Shown here: piece after piece, positions 10,101 through 20,633 of the stretch
How the letters are laid out: each line of letters starts with the position of its first letter
Position numbering within the stretch: the stretch's first letter is position 1
From: Candidatus Hodarchaeum mangrovi
GTDB taxonomy: Archaea; Asgardarchaeota; Heimdallarchaeia; Hodarchaeales; Hodarchaeaceae
Direction of reading: 5' to 3'
NCBI GenBank assembly: GCA_016839515.1
Contig: JAEOUE010000032.1
Location: 1-51,297, forward strand
Length of the DNA: 51,297 nucleotides
Made by a program: the position numbers and the translations under genes
Notes under the pieces: model-generated
What the model was told of the DNA's origin: nothing
What the model saw: only the letters and a program-made list of their open reading frames with translations
The model's database searches: none

Positions 10101-10856
10101 TCATCCGCGCACTATTGAAAATTTTGGGGGAGTAGATGTGATCTTTACCAAAGATTGGTTTGGAATTTCTCTCCAATTACTCTTATCTAGTTGTGGTAAC
10201 GAAATTGGTTCAGAAGAAACGATTACACCTTCTAAAGAGTTGAAATAAAGATATAGGGTATAATATTCTGGACTTTTTGTACACCAACGTATTGCATACA
10301 AATCAGTGCCATTACTAAATATTGAGTTAATAGCAGTAAACCTATAATTGCTTTTCAGAACCATTTGGACGAAATTAGGCCAATTTTTAGCGATAATAGG
10401 CTCATTAAGAAGAAAAGTAAGCAAAAAATGAAATAAAAGTTCAGAGTCGGATCCATCCGAGGTTAATTCAAGGTTTTTATTACGAGGAAGGTTTTCAGCA
10501 TCATAAAATGTACCGTTATGGATAAAAGCCCATGGAAAACTGAAAAATGGGTGAACATTCTTCAAATTTACCTTAACCCCTGGGCTTGCTTTTCTTAAAT
10601 GGGCTAATAAAGCTATGGGCTTCCCAGTAATCCCTAAAACAGAATTTATATAATTTCTAGATTTGTATGCTGATTCACTCCTTTTATCTATTAATATTAA
10701 AGGGTGTCTATTTAATGAGGCAGCAATTCCCCAACCATCATAATGTCCTATTGGAGCTCCAAAAGGTACTTTTCCAATTTGAGACTGGTTCTGAAATTCA
10801 AATAATATTTCATGCCAATTTTGAAAGTTCCCAAGAAACCCTAATAATCGACACAT
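10101..10856 (-). CDS. Class II glutamine amidotransferase (YafJ/EgtC-like)
   Basis: N-terminal MCRLLG nucleophile Cys, DGWG, AHLRKAS, NVHPF, HNG, SDSE, SSEP. Confidence 0.92.
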   Translation of the reverse strand: MCRLLGFLGNFQNWHEILFEFQNQSQIGKVPFGAPIGHYDGWGIAASLNRHPLILIDKRSESAYKSRNYINSVLGITGKPIALLAHLRKASPGVKVNLKNVHPFFSFPWAFIHNGTFYDAENLPRNKNLELTSDGSDSELLFHFLLTFLLNEPIIAKNWPNFVQMVLKSNYRFTAINSIFSNGTDLYAIRWCTKSPEYYTLYLYFNSLEGVIVSSEPISLPQLDKSNWREIPNQSLVKITSTPPKFSIVRG

Positions 10857-10885
10857 ATCAGATTTACCTTTTTGAAAAAACTCGA

Positions 10886-11746
10886 TTAATATTCACCTGG
10901 TTCAACCAAAGGAATCCGCCAATCAATGGTTGGAGTTCTAATTCCCATTTTAAAAATTATTGGTCCTCTTCTCTTATGCTCACTACGGTATATTAATGAT
11001 TTAACTTTCTTAACTTGAGAAAGAGGGACATTAAGTTTATTTACAATTTCTTCATCTGTCTGAAACCGTTCTAATCCATAAAGAATCTGATCTAGCTCTA
11101 CATAGGTTATTCCTATTTCTTCTTCATCAGTTTGATCTTTCCAGAGTCCTGCTGACGGTGCTTTGTTTAGAATCTTTTCTGGAATTTTTAATGCTCTCCC
11201 CAATTGATAGATTTGGGTCTTATAGATGTCTCCAAGAGGCAGAAGATCTACAGCAGCATCACCATACTTTGTGAAATACCCAATCATGATCTCAGATTTG
11301 TTTCCACCACCACAAATTAAACAATTGAGTTTATTAGCATAATAATACCAAACTGTCTGACGCAAGCGTGGTTTTAAATTTGCCCATTCCATCAATCTAG
11401 AATCTTCAGGAGTCTTGATAGTACTTGAAAAAACGTCAATCAGTTTTTGGATGTCAACAACGGTTAAAGAAATATTTAAACTTTTACATAGCTGTTCTAC
11501 ATCTTTATAATCAGACGGGGGAGTTGTTGAACTGGGAAAGAAAACCCCATGCACCCGGTCAGAGCCTAAAGCTTTCACACATAATGAAACAACGACTGTA
11601 GAATCAATACCACCACTTAAACCCACTACAATGCCAGAGCGCTTTGATTCTTCAACACGTGTTTTAATAAAATCAGAAATAATTTTAATCACATGGTTGA
11701 TGTCAATTGGAGGAAGAGAGGATTTAACTTCTGCTTTTCGTGTCAT
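10886..11746 (-). CDS. nadE: NAD+ synthetase (synthetase domain only)
   Basis: GLSGGIDS, NLKPRLR, NKSE..GYFTKYGD, KAPSAGLW..QTDE, SEHKR. Start moved to ATG 11746, which overlaps the upstream stop (ATGA). Confidence 0.95.
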   Translation of the reverse strand: MTRKAEVKSSLPPIDINHVIKIISDFIKTRVEESKRSGIVVGLSGGIDSTVVVSLCVKALGSDRVHGVFFPSSTTPPSDYKDVEQLCKSLNISLTVVDIQKLIDVFSSTIKTPEDSRLMEWANLKPRLRQTVWYYYANKLNCLICGGGNKSEIMIGYFTKYGDAAVDLLPLGDIYKTQIYQLGRALKIPEKILNKAPSAGLWKDQTDEEEIGITYVELDQILYGLERFQTDEEIVNKLNVPLSQVKKVKSLIYRSEHKRRGPIIFKMGIRTPTIDWRIPLVEPGEY

Positions 11747-12573
11747 ATTTGACGAACTCCTAATTCTAAAGTGTTGAAAATCCAAGGTGGAATATCACGA
11801 AGAGTAGGAACAAAATTTTTGGAAGATTTAGGGCTTTCAGTGTTTAATTTTGCAATACCAAAGTCTGGTTCATCGTATTTTAACTTTAAAATACGATTTC
11901 CAGTCGCATTACACACCTCTGATCCTCCCCAGAATATTAGTTCATCCTGAATCCCAGATTGATTCACATAAACCATATTTACAGTGTTCTCCATTGCACG
12001 TGAAGAAATAAAGGATTCAAAATATTGTCGTCTTACCCCAGGTGAAGCAGAAATACAAATACTTGTGTGAGCTCCAAATAAAGCATGAGCTCGTGTTATT
12101 TCAGGACTGAAAAGGTCATAACATATTTGTAAACCTAACTTCCCAAATGGAGAATCGATAACATTAATTTTAGTGGCGCTTCTAAAATAACGCCTTTCAT
12201 TAAACACTGTATGGTTAGGAATCATTATCTTCCGACTTTTTCCAATGAAACCGTTAGGACCAAACATTACAGCAGTATTATAAATTAAACCTGGAATTGA
12301 ATTTTCTGGTAATCCTGCAACTAAATAACAGCTATTTTTCTTAGCTATTTCAGCCAGTACTCGTGATAATGGGCCTTCAGGAACAGGCTCAGCCAATTGA
12401 AAAACATCATCATGCATCAAATAACCTGTAACTGATAATTCTGGAAAAATAACGATAGTATTAGGATCTTCCTTTATTTCAGGCTTTTGACAAATATTTC
12501 TAATTTGTTCTAAATTTGCTTTTGGATCAGCTTGGATTGATTTAATCTGTCCAAGGGCGATTTTAAAGTCCAC
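11743..12573 (-). CDS. Carbon-nitrogen hydrolase (nitrilase family); probable glutaminase partner of NadE
   Basis: E-K-C triad: FPEL, SRK, ICYD; FNERRYF resembles the glutaminase domain of Gln-dependent NadE; translationally coupled to nadE. Confidence 0.88.
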   Translation of the reverse strand: MDFKIALGQIKSIQADPKANLEQIRNICQKPEIKEDPNTIVIFPELSVTGYLMHDDVFQLAEPVPEGPLSRVLAEIAKKNSCYLVAGLPENSIPGLIYNTAVMFGPNGFIGKSRKIMIPNHTVFNERRYFRSATKINVIDSPFGKLGLQICYDLFSPEITRAHALFGAHTSICISASPGVRRQYFESFISSRAMENTVNMVYVNQSGIQDELIFWGGSEVCNATGNRILKLKYDEPDFGIAKLNTESPKSSKNFVPTLRDIPPWIFNTLELGVRQI

Positions 12574-12610
12574 TTAACTTTCTCCTTATCCTATCATAGT
12601 TTTTTAAATA

Positions 12611-13885
12611 TTAAACATTAAGATATTCGTTCCAATCCCAATCTGTTACCTGAGTGGAATAACGGAGCCATTCATCTCTTTTTAATTCAAAGAAGTTCCT
12701 GCAAATATGAGTTCCAAGAGCCTCACAGAGTAAAGAATCAGATTCTAAATATGTTAAAGCTTCAAATAAATTTCCAGGTAAAGTCTTTATATTAAGTGCC
12801 TCAAGTTCCTTTCTATTTAGTGTAAATATATTTTTTCGGATTGGTGCTGGGAGCTCTATATTTCTATTTATTCCATCCATTCCTGCTGCTAATATTGCGA
12901 TGAAAGCTAGATAAGGGTTACAACTAGGATCAGGACATCTATATTCAAAACGTGCCATCTTAGGATCTCTAAACATTGGAATTCTAATCAAAGCTGATCG
13001 GTTCATCGGACCCCATGCAACATAACCAGGAGCTTCATATCCTGGTACTAAACGTTTGTAAGAATTGACAGTAGGAGCAACAATAGCAGTCATAGCTTGA
13101 GCATGTTCTAAAATACCCGCCATAAAGTGTTCAGCTGTTCCAGTCAAATTTTTTTCCTCGGAAGAGGTGAATAAATTGTTATCGCCTTCCCATAAAGAAA
13201 TATGACAATGCATACCATTTCCATTTTCTGTCATAAAAAGCTTTGGCATAAAAGTAGCTGTATATCCAATTTTAGCTGCCAAAGCACGAATTATTGCTTT
13301 ATACGTGACAATGGTATCAGCAGTCCATAATGCTTCTTCATGTCCAATTTCAATTTCATATTGTCCCGTACCAACCTCATGATGATGAACTTTTGGTTTA
13401 AGATTAGCTTTAGTAAGATCTTGTGAAAATCGCTTGATAACACCCTCTGCTATTGAACTTGGATAAATGTCAGCATAACGACCATGATCAATTGGTTTTC
13501 CATCTTTTAATAAAAAAAATTCAGGTTCTGGACCTATTTTAAGTTTCCAATCTTTCTTTCCTAATAATTTCTGTATTATCAAACTCAAGCGAGATCGAGT
13601 ATCTCCTTGGAAGATCTCCCCATTTTGTAGAATTTTACACATTACAGCTAATTTTGGTTCCTCGGTATAAGGCAATTCGATTAAAGTTTCAGGTATTGGA
13701 AGAAGATGTAAATCGGAATTTTCGATTGATGTGAATCCTTGAACTGAACTACCATCAATATTAACTCCTTCAGAGAATATGGGGTCATCGATAACACCCC
13801 CTATGTCTTGTGCTGAAATTGGGAGGTTCATTGCTTTAAGTGTGCCATTTATATCCACAAATCGGACTTCCAACATGTTATACAT
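12611..13885 (-). CDS. glnA: Glutamine synthetase type I
   Basis: DGSS, PEPEFF, HHEV..GQYEI, TFMPK..NGNGMHCH, RLVPGYEAP, NRSALIRIP, EYRCPDPSCNPY; start taken at ATG 13885 after GGTG. Confidence 0.93.
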   Translation of the reverse strand: MYNMLEVRFVDINGTLKAMNLPISAQDIGGVIDDPIFSEGVNIDGSSVQGFTSIENSDLHLLPIPETLIELPYTEEPKLAVMCKILQNGEIFQGDTRSRLSLIIQKLLGKKDWKLKIGPEPEFFLLKDGKPIDHGRYADIYPSSIAEGVIKRFSQDLTKANLKPKVHHHEVGTGQYEIEIGHEEALWTADTIVTYKAIIRALAAKIGYTATFMPKLFMTENGNGMHCHISLWEGDNNLFTSSEEKNLTGTAEHFMAGILEHAQAMTAIVAPTVNSYKRLVPGYEAPGYVAWGPMNRSALIRIPMFRDPKMARFEYRCPDPSCNPYLAFIAILAAGMDGINRNIELPAPIRKNIFTLNRKELEALNIKTLPGNLFEALTYLESDSLLCEALGTHICRNFFELKRDEWLRYSTQVTDWDWNEYLNV

Positions 13886-14035
13886 TTTAAACACCAAATT
13901 AAGGTAAAATTTATTTTTAATTAAAAAAGCTACAAATGCATATATCATATGGGTACTTTAAGCTACCGAAATTTAGAAGAAATATGAATTCTAAATTTTA
14001 GAATAATAAGAAAACAAGTTTGGTATTCAGAGAAG

Positions 14036-14932
14036 TTAGTGATTCTTACGCATTAAATCACGGAGTTGACGATAACCAATCAATTTCAACTGAAATTTAT
14101 CAACACATTTTTTAATTATAGGGTTAGTAAACGCCTCAAAGTCTTGATTCCTCCAGACAGCTGAGTCTTTGGTAATCGCTTCCAATTCAGAACTCATTTG
14201 AGCAGGATGAAATAGCAAATGGGTAAGACCAGATTTTATTTCTGCAAAACGTTTACAATAGTAATCGGTCTTATTTTTTTGTTCCCCTCCAGTATCAATT
14301 ATTATTTGATCTAATAAAGGTAATCCACTTTCTTCTAAAACGGGAAGAAAAGAAAGGAAAAGATCAGCATATTCACCAAATCCCATCGCTATCATTTCTT
14401 CTCGTGTGAGTTTTGGAATAAAAGCAGGGATGTCAAACTCCTGAGCTAATTGTATATAAGATTGGATGAACTTAGGGTAGATAACAGTTCCCATATGAGT
14501 ATCAATATGTGTTACATCAATACCTTGGTCAAGAGCAGTCTGAATTTGAGCTCTCATTTCTTTTTCTGCTGCTTCTGGAGTTACATTTGCTAGGGCTTCT
14601 TCAGTAGTCCGCCAGAGACACATTTCATGATCTAATAATCCAGTTTTAGGATCAACACTAGATAAAGCCCGCCAACGATATGTTTCATACTCACATGTTA
14701 GTGTTAAATGCACACCAACGTCATAATGTGGATTTGATCTACAAATAGATGCTGTTTCAAGAAACCAAGCTGAAGGGATTATGACAGAACCACAAGTTGC
14801 AACACCAAAGTCCAAACATTTGAAAGACCCAATATTTGAAGAATGTGAAAAACCCATGTCGTCAATGTGAATTATAACAAGTTTATCATCCTTTTTAAAT
14901 CCTAATTTTTCTGAAATTGATTCTATGACCAT
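14036..14932 (-). CDS. YdjC/ChbG-family carbohydrate deacetylase
   Basis: HIDDMG, GVHLTL, THIDTHMG, FHP motifs. Start uncertain (ORF extends to 15013). Confidence 0.88.
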   Translation of the reverse strand: MVIESISEKLGFKKDDKLVIIHIDDMGFSHSSNIGSFKCLDFGVATCGSVIIPSAWFLETASICRSNPHYDVGVHLTLTCEYETYRWRALSSVDPKTGLLDHEMCLWRTTEEALANVTPEAAEKEMRAQIQTALDQGIDVTHIDTHMGTVIYPKFIQSYIQLAQEFDIPAFIPKLTREEMIAMGFGEYADLFLSFLPVLEESGLPLLDQIIIDTGGEQKNKTDYYCKRFAEIKSGLTHLLFHPAQMSSELEAITKDSAVWRNQDFEAFTNPIIKKCVDKFQLKLIGYRQLRDLMRKNH

Positions 14933-15002
14933 AGAAAACCCCATTAATATTTTGTAAATCAAATTTAGACAGTATCTAAAGAATTTTATGGAATATGGTG
15001 AT

Positions 15003-15761
15003 TCATTTTCCAATAGCGGGAATTGATGATAAAAAGTTCAATATTATTTTGTTGACTTCATCTGGTTTTTCCTGAAAAATAAAATGACCTCCAGAGGGAA
15101 TAATTTCCAATCTAGAATTTTTTATGTGTTCATGAAGATAGGTAGAAAATTTCACGGGGGTCATCTGATCATTTTCTCCACAAATAATCAGTGTAGGACA
15201 TGTGATCCTAGAAATTTCAGTCCGTTGATCAAAATTTTTACAGGCTTCAAAATCAGCTAATAGAATTTCTTTTCCATTAGATCGTATCAATCTTTCGTTC
15301 TTTTCAATAATTTTTAAGTCAATGTTATTAGAGTAAGCATATTGCCCTAAAAAATTCATTGCTTCATTAAAAGTATTGGAAATCATCTCAATAATAGTTG
15401 GTGCTACATTTAATTTAGCTCCCGTTCCAATTAATACAATAGCATGAATTTTTAATCTTCCATTTATTGCTAGCTGCTGAACAATCCCACCACCCATTGA
15501 GTGACCAACGAGAACTAATGAACTTATTTGAAGATCAGAGACTAGAGTTGTTATTGCTTTTGAATATTTCTCAATTGAAATTTTTTCTAACCTCGGACTT
15601 TTTCCATGACCAGGAAGATTTATTGCTAACGTTTTAAAGCCTTGTTTTTGAAAGAATTTTACTTGTGAACTCCATTGCTCGATTCCTCCTCCAGCTCCAT
15701 GAATAAAGACAATTGTTGACTTTTTTCCTTGAATCACATGATTATAGTTATATTCCATCAT
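15003..15761 (-). CDS. Alpha/beta hydrolase
   Basis: FIHGAG, LPGHG, GHSMGG nucleophile, GEND, GH. Confidence 0.93.
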   Translation of the reverse strand: MMEYNYNHVIQGKKSTIVFIHGAGGGIEQWSSQVKFFQKQGFKTLAINLPGHGKSPRLEKISIEKYSKAITTLVSDLQISSLVLVGHSMGGGIVQQLAINGRLKIHAIVLIGTGAKLNVAPTIIEMISNTFNEAMNFLGQYAYSNNIDLKIIEKNERLIRSNGKEILLADFEACKNFDQRTEISRITCPTLIICGENDQMTPVKFSTYLHEHIKNSRLEIIPSGGHFIFQEKPDEVNKIILNFLSSIPAIGK

Positions 15762-16591
15762 TTTTCATCTAAATCAAGATCTTTGAACAAATTACTCTCA
15801 TAGGAAATCTTCCAGCGTGGAGAACGTTTTTCAACGAACGCTGTGAGTCCCTCCTTTCCCTCATCAGAAGTTCTAACCTCTGCAATTTTTTTTATGCAGT
15901 ACTCACGAATATTTTTTAGTTCTGAACCACGGTTTTGGTTAAGAACTTCTTTTATGCTTTTCATTGCAGCAGGACTGCTATTAAAAAGGTGGTTAATGAT
16001 CTCAGTGAGTTTTAGATCTAATTCCTCTAAATTTTCAGCTATCTCATGAACTAAACCGATATCAAGGGCTTTTTGACCATCAAATCTTTCACCAGTTAGG
16101 AAGAATCTTGTTGCGTTTGAAAAACCAATTTTTGAAATAACATATGGGCTTATAACTGCTGGTAGAATTCCTAAATTTACTTCAGAGAAGGCCAATTTAG
16201 CGTTTTTAACTATTAGTGATATGTCACATACCGAAATTAAACCTATTCCTCCACCGAATGCAGAACCATTTATTCTTCCAATTACAGGTTTCGGGGTTTT
16301 ATAGATTGTATAAAATAATTCTTCAAGTCTCAGTGCATCATCTTCATTCTCTTCATATGTAAATTCTTTACTTTCTCGCATATAATTGACATCAGCACCA
16401 GCAGAAAAAGATTTACCTTTTCCTGTTAAAACTATTACTCTAACTTCCTCGTCATTCTCAAGAAGCTTAAAGGCCGTTGTTAATTCCTCTATCATTAAAG
16501 AATTAAAGGCATTATGGATTTCAGGTCTCGATAATGTCACAACAGCAGCATAATTACTAATTTTAACTTTAATTGTTTCATATTTTTGCAT
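15758..16591 (-). CDS. liuC: Enoyl-CoA hydratase family; probable methylglutaconyl-CoA hydratase
   Basis: LSRPEIHNAF, FSAGAD, AFGGG, FSEVNLGILPAVISPY; adjacent to the MCC genes. Confidence 0.85.
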   Translation of the reverse strand: MQKYETIKVKISNYAAVVTLSRPEIHNAFNSLMIEELTTAFKLLENDEEVRVIVLTGKGKSFSAGADVNYMRESKEFTYEENEDDALRLEELFYTIYKTPKPVIGRINGSAFGGGIGLISVCDISLIVKNAKLAFSEVNLGILPAVISPYVISKIGFSNATRFFLTGERFDGQKALDIGLVHEIAENLEELDLKLTEIINHLFNSSPAAMKSIKEVLNQNRGSELKNIREYCIKKIAEVRTSDEGKEGLTAFVEKRSPRWKISYESNLFKDLDLDEK

Positions 16592-16622
16592 TAATACTTC
16601 CTTACCTTAAGAATTCAAATAT

Positions 16623-18227
16623 TTACATCCTGAAAACACCAAATTTTGTATTTGGAATTGGTGCATTTAAAGAGGCAGAAATACATAACGCTAATACTAT
16701 TCGGGTGTCAGCTGGATCGATTATTCCATCATCCCAAAGTCTTGCTGTTGAGTAATATGCACTTGATTCTCTGTCATATTTTTCCAAGATCGGAGTCATT
16801 ATCTTCTCTCGAGCTTCTGTTGTCAATTTATCTCCCTTTAGTGCTAATTGAGATTCTTTAACGGTAACTAACACATTTGCAGCCTGCTCACCTCCCATCA
16901 CTGAAATTCGTGCATTTGGCCACATGAATAAAAACCGAGGAGAATAAGCTCTTCCTGCCATTCCATAATTTCCAGCACCGTAGGATCCTCCTATAATTAT
17001 CGTCACTTTTGGTACCGCGGTATTACTAACTGCCATAACTAATTTAGCACCATCTTTTGCAATACCCCCAGCTTCAGCTTCCTTCCCAACAATGAATCCT
17101 GTGATGTTTTGTAGAAAAACTAAGGGAATTTTTCTTTCAGAACACAGATTGATAAAATGAGTTCCTTTTAAAGCACTCTCAGAAAAAAGAACTCCGTTAT
17201 TTGCTAGAATACCAACTGGATATCCCATTATTCGTCCAAAACCACACACAAGGGTAGTCCCATACAATGCTTTGAATTCATGAAACTTTGATCCATCAAC
17301 GATTCTTGCAATTATTTCATGTACATCATAAGCTTGTCTTGGATCTTTTGGTAATATTCCATAAATTTCCTCAATATCATATTGAGGAGGTTCAGGAGCT
17401 CTAATATCAAGTCGTGTTTTAGGGGGTAAATTTAAATGCTCAATGATGGTTCTTGTCATTAACAATGCATGTTCGTCATTAGTTGCGTAATGATCTGCTA
17501 CTCCTGAAGTTCGGCAATGAACATCAGCACCACCTAAATCCTCTGCTGATACTTCCTCGCCAGTAGCAGCTTTTACTAGTGGAGGACCTCCTAAAAATAT
17601 TGTTCCTGTTCCTTTTACAATAATAGTTTCATCAGACATAGCAGGAACATATGCTCCTCCTGCTGTACAGGAACCCATTACTACGCTAATTTGAGGAATC
17701 CCTTTAGAGGACATCTGTGCTTGATTATAAAAAATCCGTCCAAAATGATCACGGTCTGGAAAGACTTCTGCTTGTAGAGGTAAAAATGCCCCGCCAGAAT
17801 CTACCAAGTAAACACAAGGAAGATGATTTTCTTCAGCAATTTCCTGAGCTCTTAGATGCTTTTTTACTGTCATTGGAAAATATGTACCTCCTTTAATCGT
17901 AGCATCATTCGCAATAAACATCACTTCCCTTCCAGATACCATTCCAATTCCTGTTACTATACCTGCATAAGGACATGAATTATCATATATGTTATATGCT
18001 GCAAGAGAACTTAATTCCATAAAAGGAGTGTCAGGATCTAATAATTTCTGAATTCGCTGTCTTGCGGGAATTTTTTCACGACTTATGTGTTTTGCAAGAG
18101 CTTCTGGATCACCTGCTCTGATTTTATCTAATGTTTCTTTTAAGAGCTGAAGGATATCCTGATAATGTTTAGTATTTTCCTTGAATGCCTTAGAATTAAC
18201 ATCAATTTTACTTTTTATTATTGGCAT
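16623..18227 (-). CDS. liuB: 3-methylcrotonyl-CoA carboxylase beta (carboxyltransferase) subunit
   Basis: [59 protein letters not shown]-terminus. Confidence 0.93.
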   Translation of the reverse strand: MPIIKSKIDVNSKAFKENTKHYQDILQLLKETLDKIRAGDPEALAKHISREKIPARQRIQKLLDPDTPFMELSSLAAYNIYDNSCPYAGIVTGIGMVSGREVMFIANDATIKGGTYFPMTVKKHLRAQEIAEENHLPCVYLVDSGGAFLPLQAEVFPDRDHFGRIFYNQAQMSSKGIPQISVVMGSCTAGGAYVPAMSDETIIVKGTGTIFLGGPPLVKAATGEEVSAEDLGGADVHCRTSGVADHYATNDEHALLMTRTIIEHLNLPPKTRLDIRAPEPPQYDIEEIYGILPKDPRQAYDVHEIIARIVDGSKFHEFKALYGTTLVCGFGRIMGYPVGILANNGVLFSESALKGTHFINLCSERKIPLVFLQNITGFIVGKEAEAGGIAKDGAKLVMAVSNTAVPKVTIIIGGSYGAGNYGMAGRAYSPRFLFMWPNARISVMGGEQAANVLVTVKESQLALKGDKLTTEAREKIMTPILEKYDRESSAYYSTARLWDDGIIDPADTRIVLALCISASLNAPIPNTKFGVFRM

Positions 18228-18384
18228 ACAATTTCCCTTTGTAAATTCGTTACTATTATTAGTTTCATTTGATGATAGATTAATATATTGCTTGATTTAT
18301 GTTTAAAGACTAGTAATAAAATGAATTAATGTTCTCACTTGGAAACAAATCAGAAGAAAATGTAAATTCAAACGCTATTAATCT

Positions 18385-18909
18385 TTATTCTTCTTTGGTC
18401 TTTTTTGACTCGATATTTTCTAACTCAATTAGAGGGATATTAGCTTCAACCTGATCCCCTACAGAAAACAATATTTTTGTAATAATGCCATCAAAAGGAG
18501 CTGTTATTCTATTTTCCATCTTCATGGCTTCGATGGAGATAAGATCCTGCCCCTTTTTGACCTTTTGTCCCTCTTTAACAAATATTTTGACTATTCGACC
18601 AGGCATTGGACTCTTTAATCCCCCTTCTGCTTCGTCAATTTCTTCAAATTCTGTTTCTAAGGTTGAAACACGACGAATCTCATAATCCTCACCATCAAGA
18701 TGAATAAATCGTGTATCCCCATTCTTTGAAACATTCACTTTGTATATAATATTATCTAGAGTAAATTGGAATTGGCCCACCCCTAAGACCTTTGCTTGAA
18801 CCTGAATTTCTTTATCTCCAACCACAACAAAAAAATTATTCTTTTCATCCCTTCTTAATCTTACCTCATGCCGTCTTCGACCATCATCAAATGTAAAAAT
18901 ATCACTCAT
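18385..18909 (-). CDS. Biotin carboxyl carrier protein with N-terminal BT-like beta domain
   Basis: SPMPG...EAMKMEN biotinylation motif. Confidence 0.93.
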   Translation of the reverse strand: MSDIFTFDDGRRRHEVRLRRDEKNNFFVVVGDKEIQVQAKVLGVGQFQFTLDNIIYKVNVSKNGDTRFIHLDGEDYEIRRVSTLETEFEEIDEAEGGLKSPMPGRIVKIFVKEGQKVKKGQDLISIEAMKMENRITAPFDGIITKILFSVGDQVEANIPLIELENIESKKTKEE

Positions 18910-18929
18910 ACTTCGTCACAGAATTTTAA

Positions 18930-20633
18930 CTATAACTTTCTTGTGTCCTTTTTCCCAAGCTGCCAAGAACCTATTTTTCGCCAAGGAGAGTGGGGATCAG
19001 AATCAGGTAAAAAAGAAGAATGAAAATCATCTCCGACTTTAGGTAGGATCTTCTTAATTGCTGCCTTCCCTTTCCCAATAGTAGTAGTCAGTTTTCCGGA
19101 CATCGCATCTAAGGATTCCCGTCCCCAAGTTCCTAATTTGGACCAAGGTGAATAATAGTGATCGATACCATTTATTAATGAACTTGGTGTAAGATCCTGT
19201 CCCGTAGACAAAAAAGGTTCCATTACTTCAAATAAAGCTGCAGCTAAGAAAACCTCAACTGGAGTTTCTTTTTGATTCCCTTTCCATTTATTAAAGTGAT
19301 TTTCTACAAAATTAGTGTGAGTATCTCCCTCTTGAAAAGCTTTTTTGTTTAAAACTTCACGAAGAAATGCGATATTTGTTGGAATTCCTTGAGCACTGTA
19401 ATTCCTTAGTGCCCATCTCATCTTTTGAATTACCTCTTCACGGGTTTCAGCATGGACAATAAGTTTTGCTATCATTGGATCGTAATAAGTCGAAATTTTC
19501 CCACCCAACGTGGAAATTCCAAGATCATTGCGAATATTTACCCCTACAGGAACTTGAACCTGATAAATTGTACCTGAAGAGGGTAGAAATTGCTTTTCGG
19601 GATTTTCAGCATAGATTCTGAATTCCAAAGCATGTCCTCTTGAGACTATATCTTCTTGATTTAAAGTCAAATTCTGTCCTGCAGCTATTTTTATTTGCCA
19701 TTTCACTAAATCAATACCTGTAACAGCTTCAGTAATGGCATGTTCCACTTGAAGTCTTGCATTTATCTCGAGAAAATAAAATTCTCCAGTTGTATCATCT
19801 AATACAAACTCAACAGATCCTGCATTTGAATAATTCACAGCTTGAGCTGCGGAGACAGCTATTTTCCCCATTTTATTACGAAGCTCTGGACTTAATGCTG
19901 TGGATGGTGTCTCCTCAATGATCTTTTGATGTCGCCTTTGTATTGAGCATTCTCTTTCATTCAAATGAATAAGCTTACCATACTTATCTCCTAATACTTG
20001 AAATTCAATGTGACGAATATATGGAAGATATTTCTCTAAAAATACATCACCAGAGCCAAATGCACCCTCAGCCTCTCTTCTTGCACTTTCGAAAGACTCA
20101 ATAAATTCATCTTCAGATTCAACAATACGCATACCACGTCCCCCTCCTCCAGCTGTAGCCTTGATCATCAAAGGAAAACCAATTTCTTTTCCTTTCTTTA
20201 AAAGATAATCTTTATTTCGTGAACCACCATGATATCCTGGAATTACTGGTATTCCAGCTTTTTCCATCGTCTTTTTTGCTTGGATTTTGTCACCTACAGC
20301 ATAAATTGCCTCGGGTGTTGGACCAATAAAATTAAGTCCATTATCAAGAACTTTCTGTGCAAATTCAGAATTCTCTGAAAGAAATCCATATCCGGGGTGA
20401 ATTGCTTCTGATTGACTTTCTAATGCAATTCGGATGATTTTTTCCATGTTCAAATAACTATTAGCAGGTGTTGGATCTCCTAGGGGGTATGAATAGTCCG
20501 CAGCGTGGACATGTACTGAATCTTCATCAACTTCGGAATATATTGCTACAGTGTCAATTCCCATCTCTTGAGCAGCATTTATTATTCGTGTAGCGATCTC
20601 TCCCCTATTAGCAATAAGAATCCGTTTAAACAT
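18930..20633 (-). CDS. Biotin carboxylase subunit of acyl-CoA (probably methylcrotonyl-CoA) carboxylase
   Basis: ILIANRGEIA, HPGYGFLSEN, GGGGRGM, ERECSIQRRHQK, EINARLQVEH, YYDPMIAK; no biotinyl domain. Confidence 0.94.
   Translation of the reverse strand: MFKRILIANRGEIATRIINAAQEMGIDTVAIYSEVDEDSVHVHAADYSYPLGDPTPANSYLNMEKIIRIALESQSEAIHPGYGFLSENSEFAQKVLDNGLNFIGPTPEAIYAVGDKIQAKKTMEKAGIPVIPGYHGGSRNKDYLLKKGKEIGFPLMIKATAGGGGRGMRIVESEDEFIESFESARREAEGAFGSGDVFLEKYLPYIRHIEFQVLGDKYGKLIHLNERECSIQRRHQKIIEETPSTALSPELRNKMGKIAVSAAQAVNYSNAGSVEFVLDDTTGEFYFLEINARLQVEHAITEAVTGIDLVKWQIKIAAGQNLTLNQEDIVSRGHALEFRIYAENPEKQFLPSSGTIYQVQVPVGVNIRNDLGISTLGGKISTYYDPMIAKLIVHAETREEVIQKMRWALRNYSAQGIPTNIAFLREVLNKKAFQEGDTHTNFVENHFNKWKGNQKETPVEVFLAAALFEVMEPFLSTGQDLTPSSLINGIDHYYSPWSKLGTWGRESLDAMSGKLTTTIGKGKAAIKKILPKVGDDFHSSFLPDSDPHSPWRKIGSWQLGKKDTRKL

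Noticed and set aside
11743-11785. Possible programmed frameshift fusing the nitrilase and nadE
   Set aside because: A clean ATGA stop/start overlap explains the junction and I see no obvious slippery heptamer.
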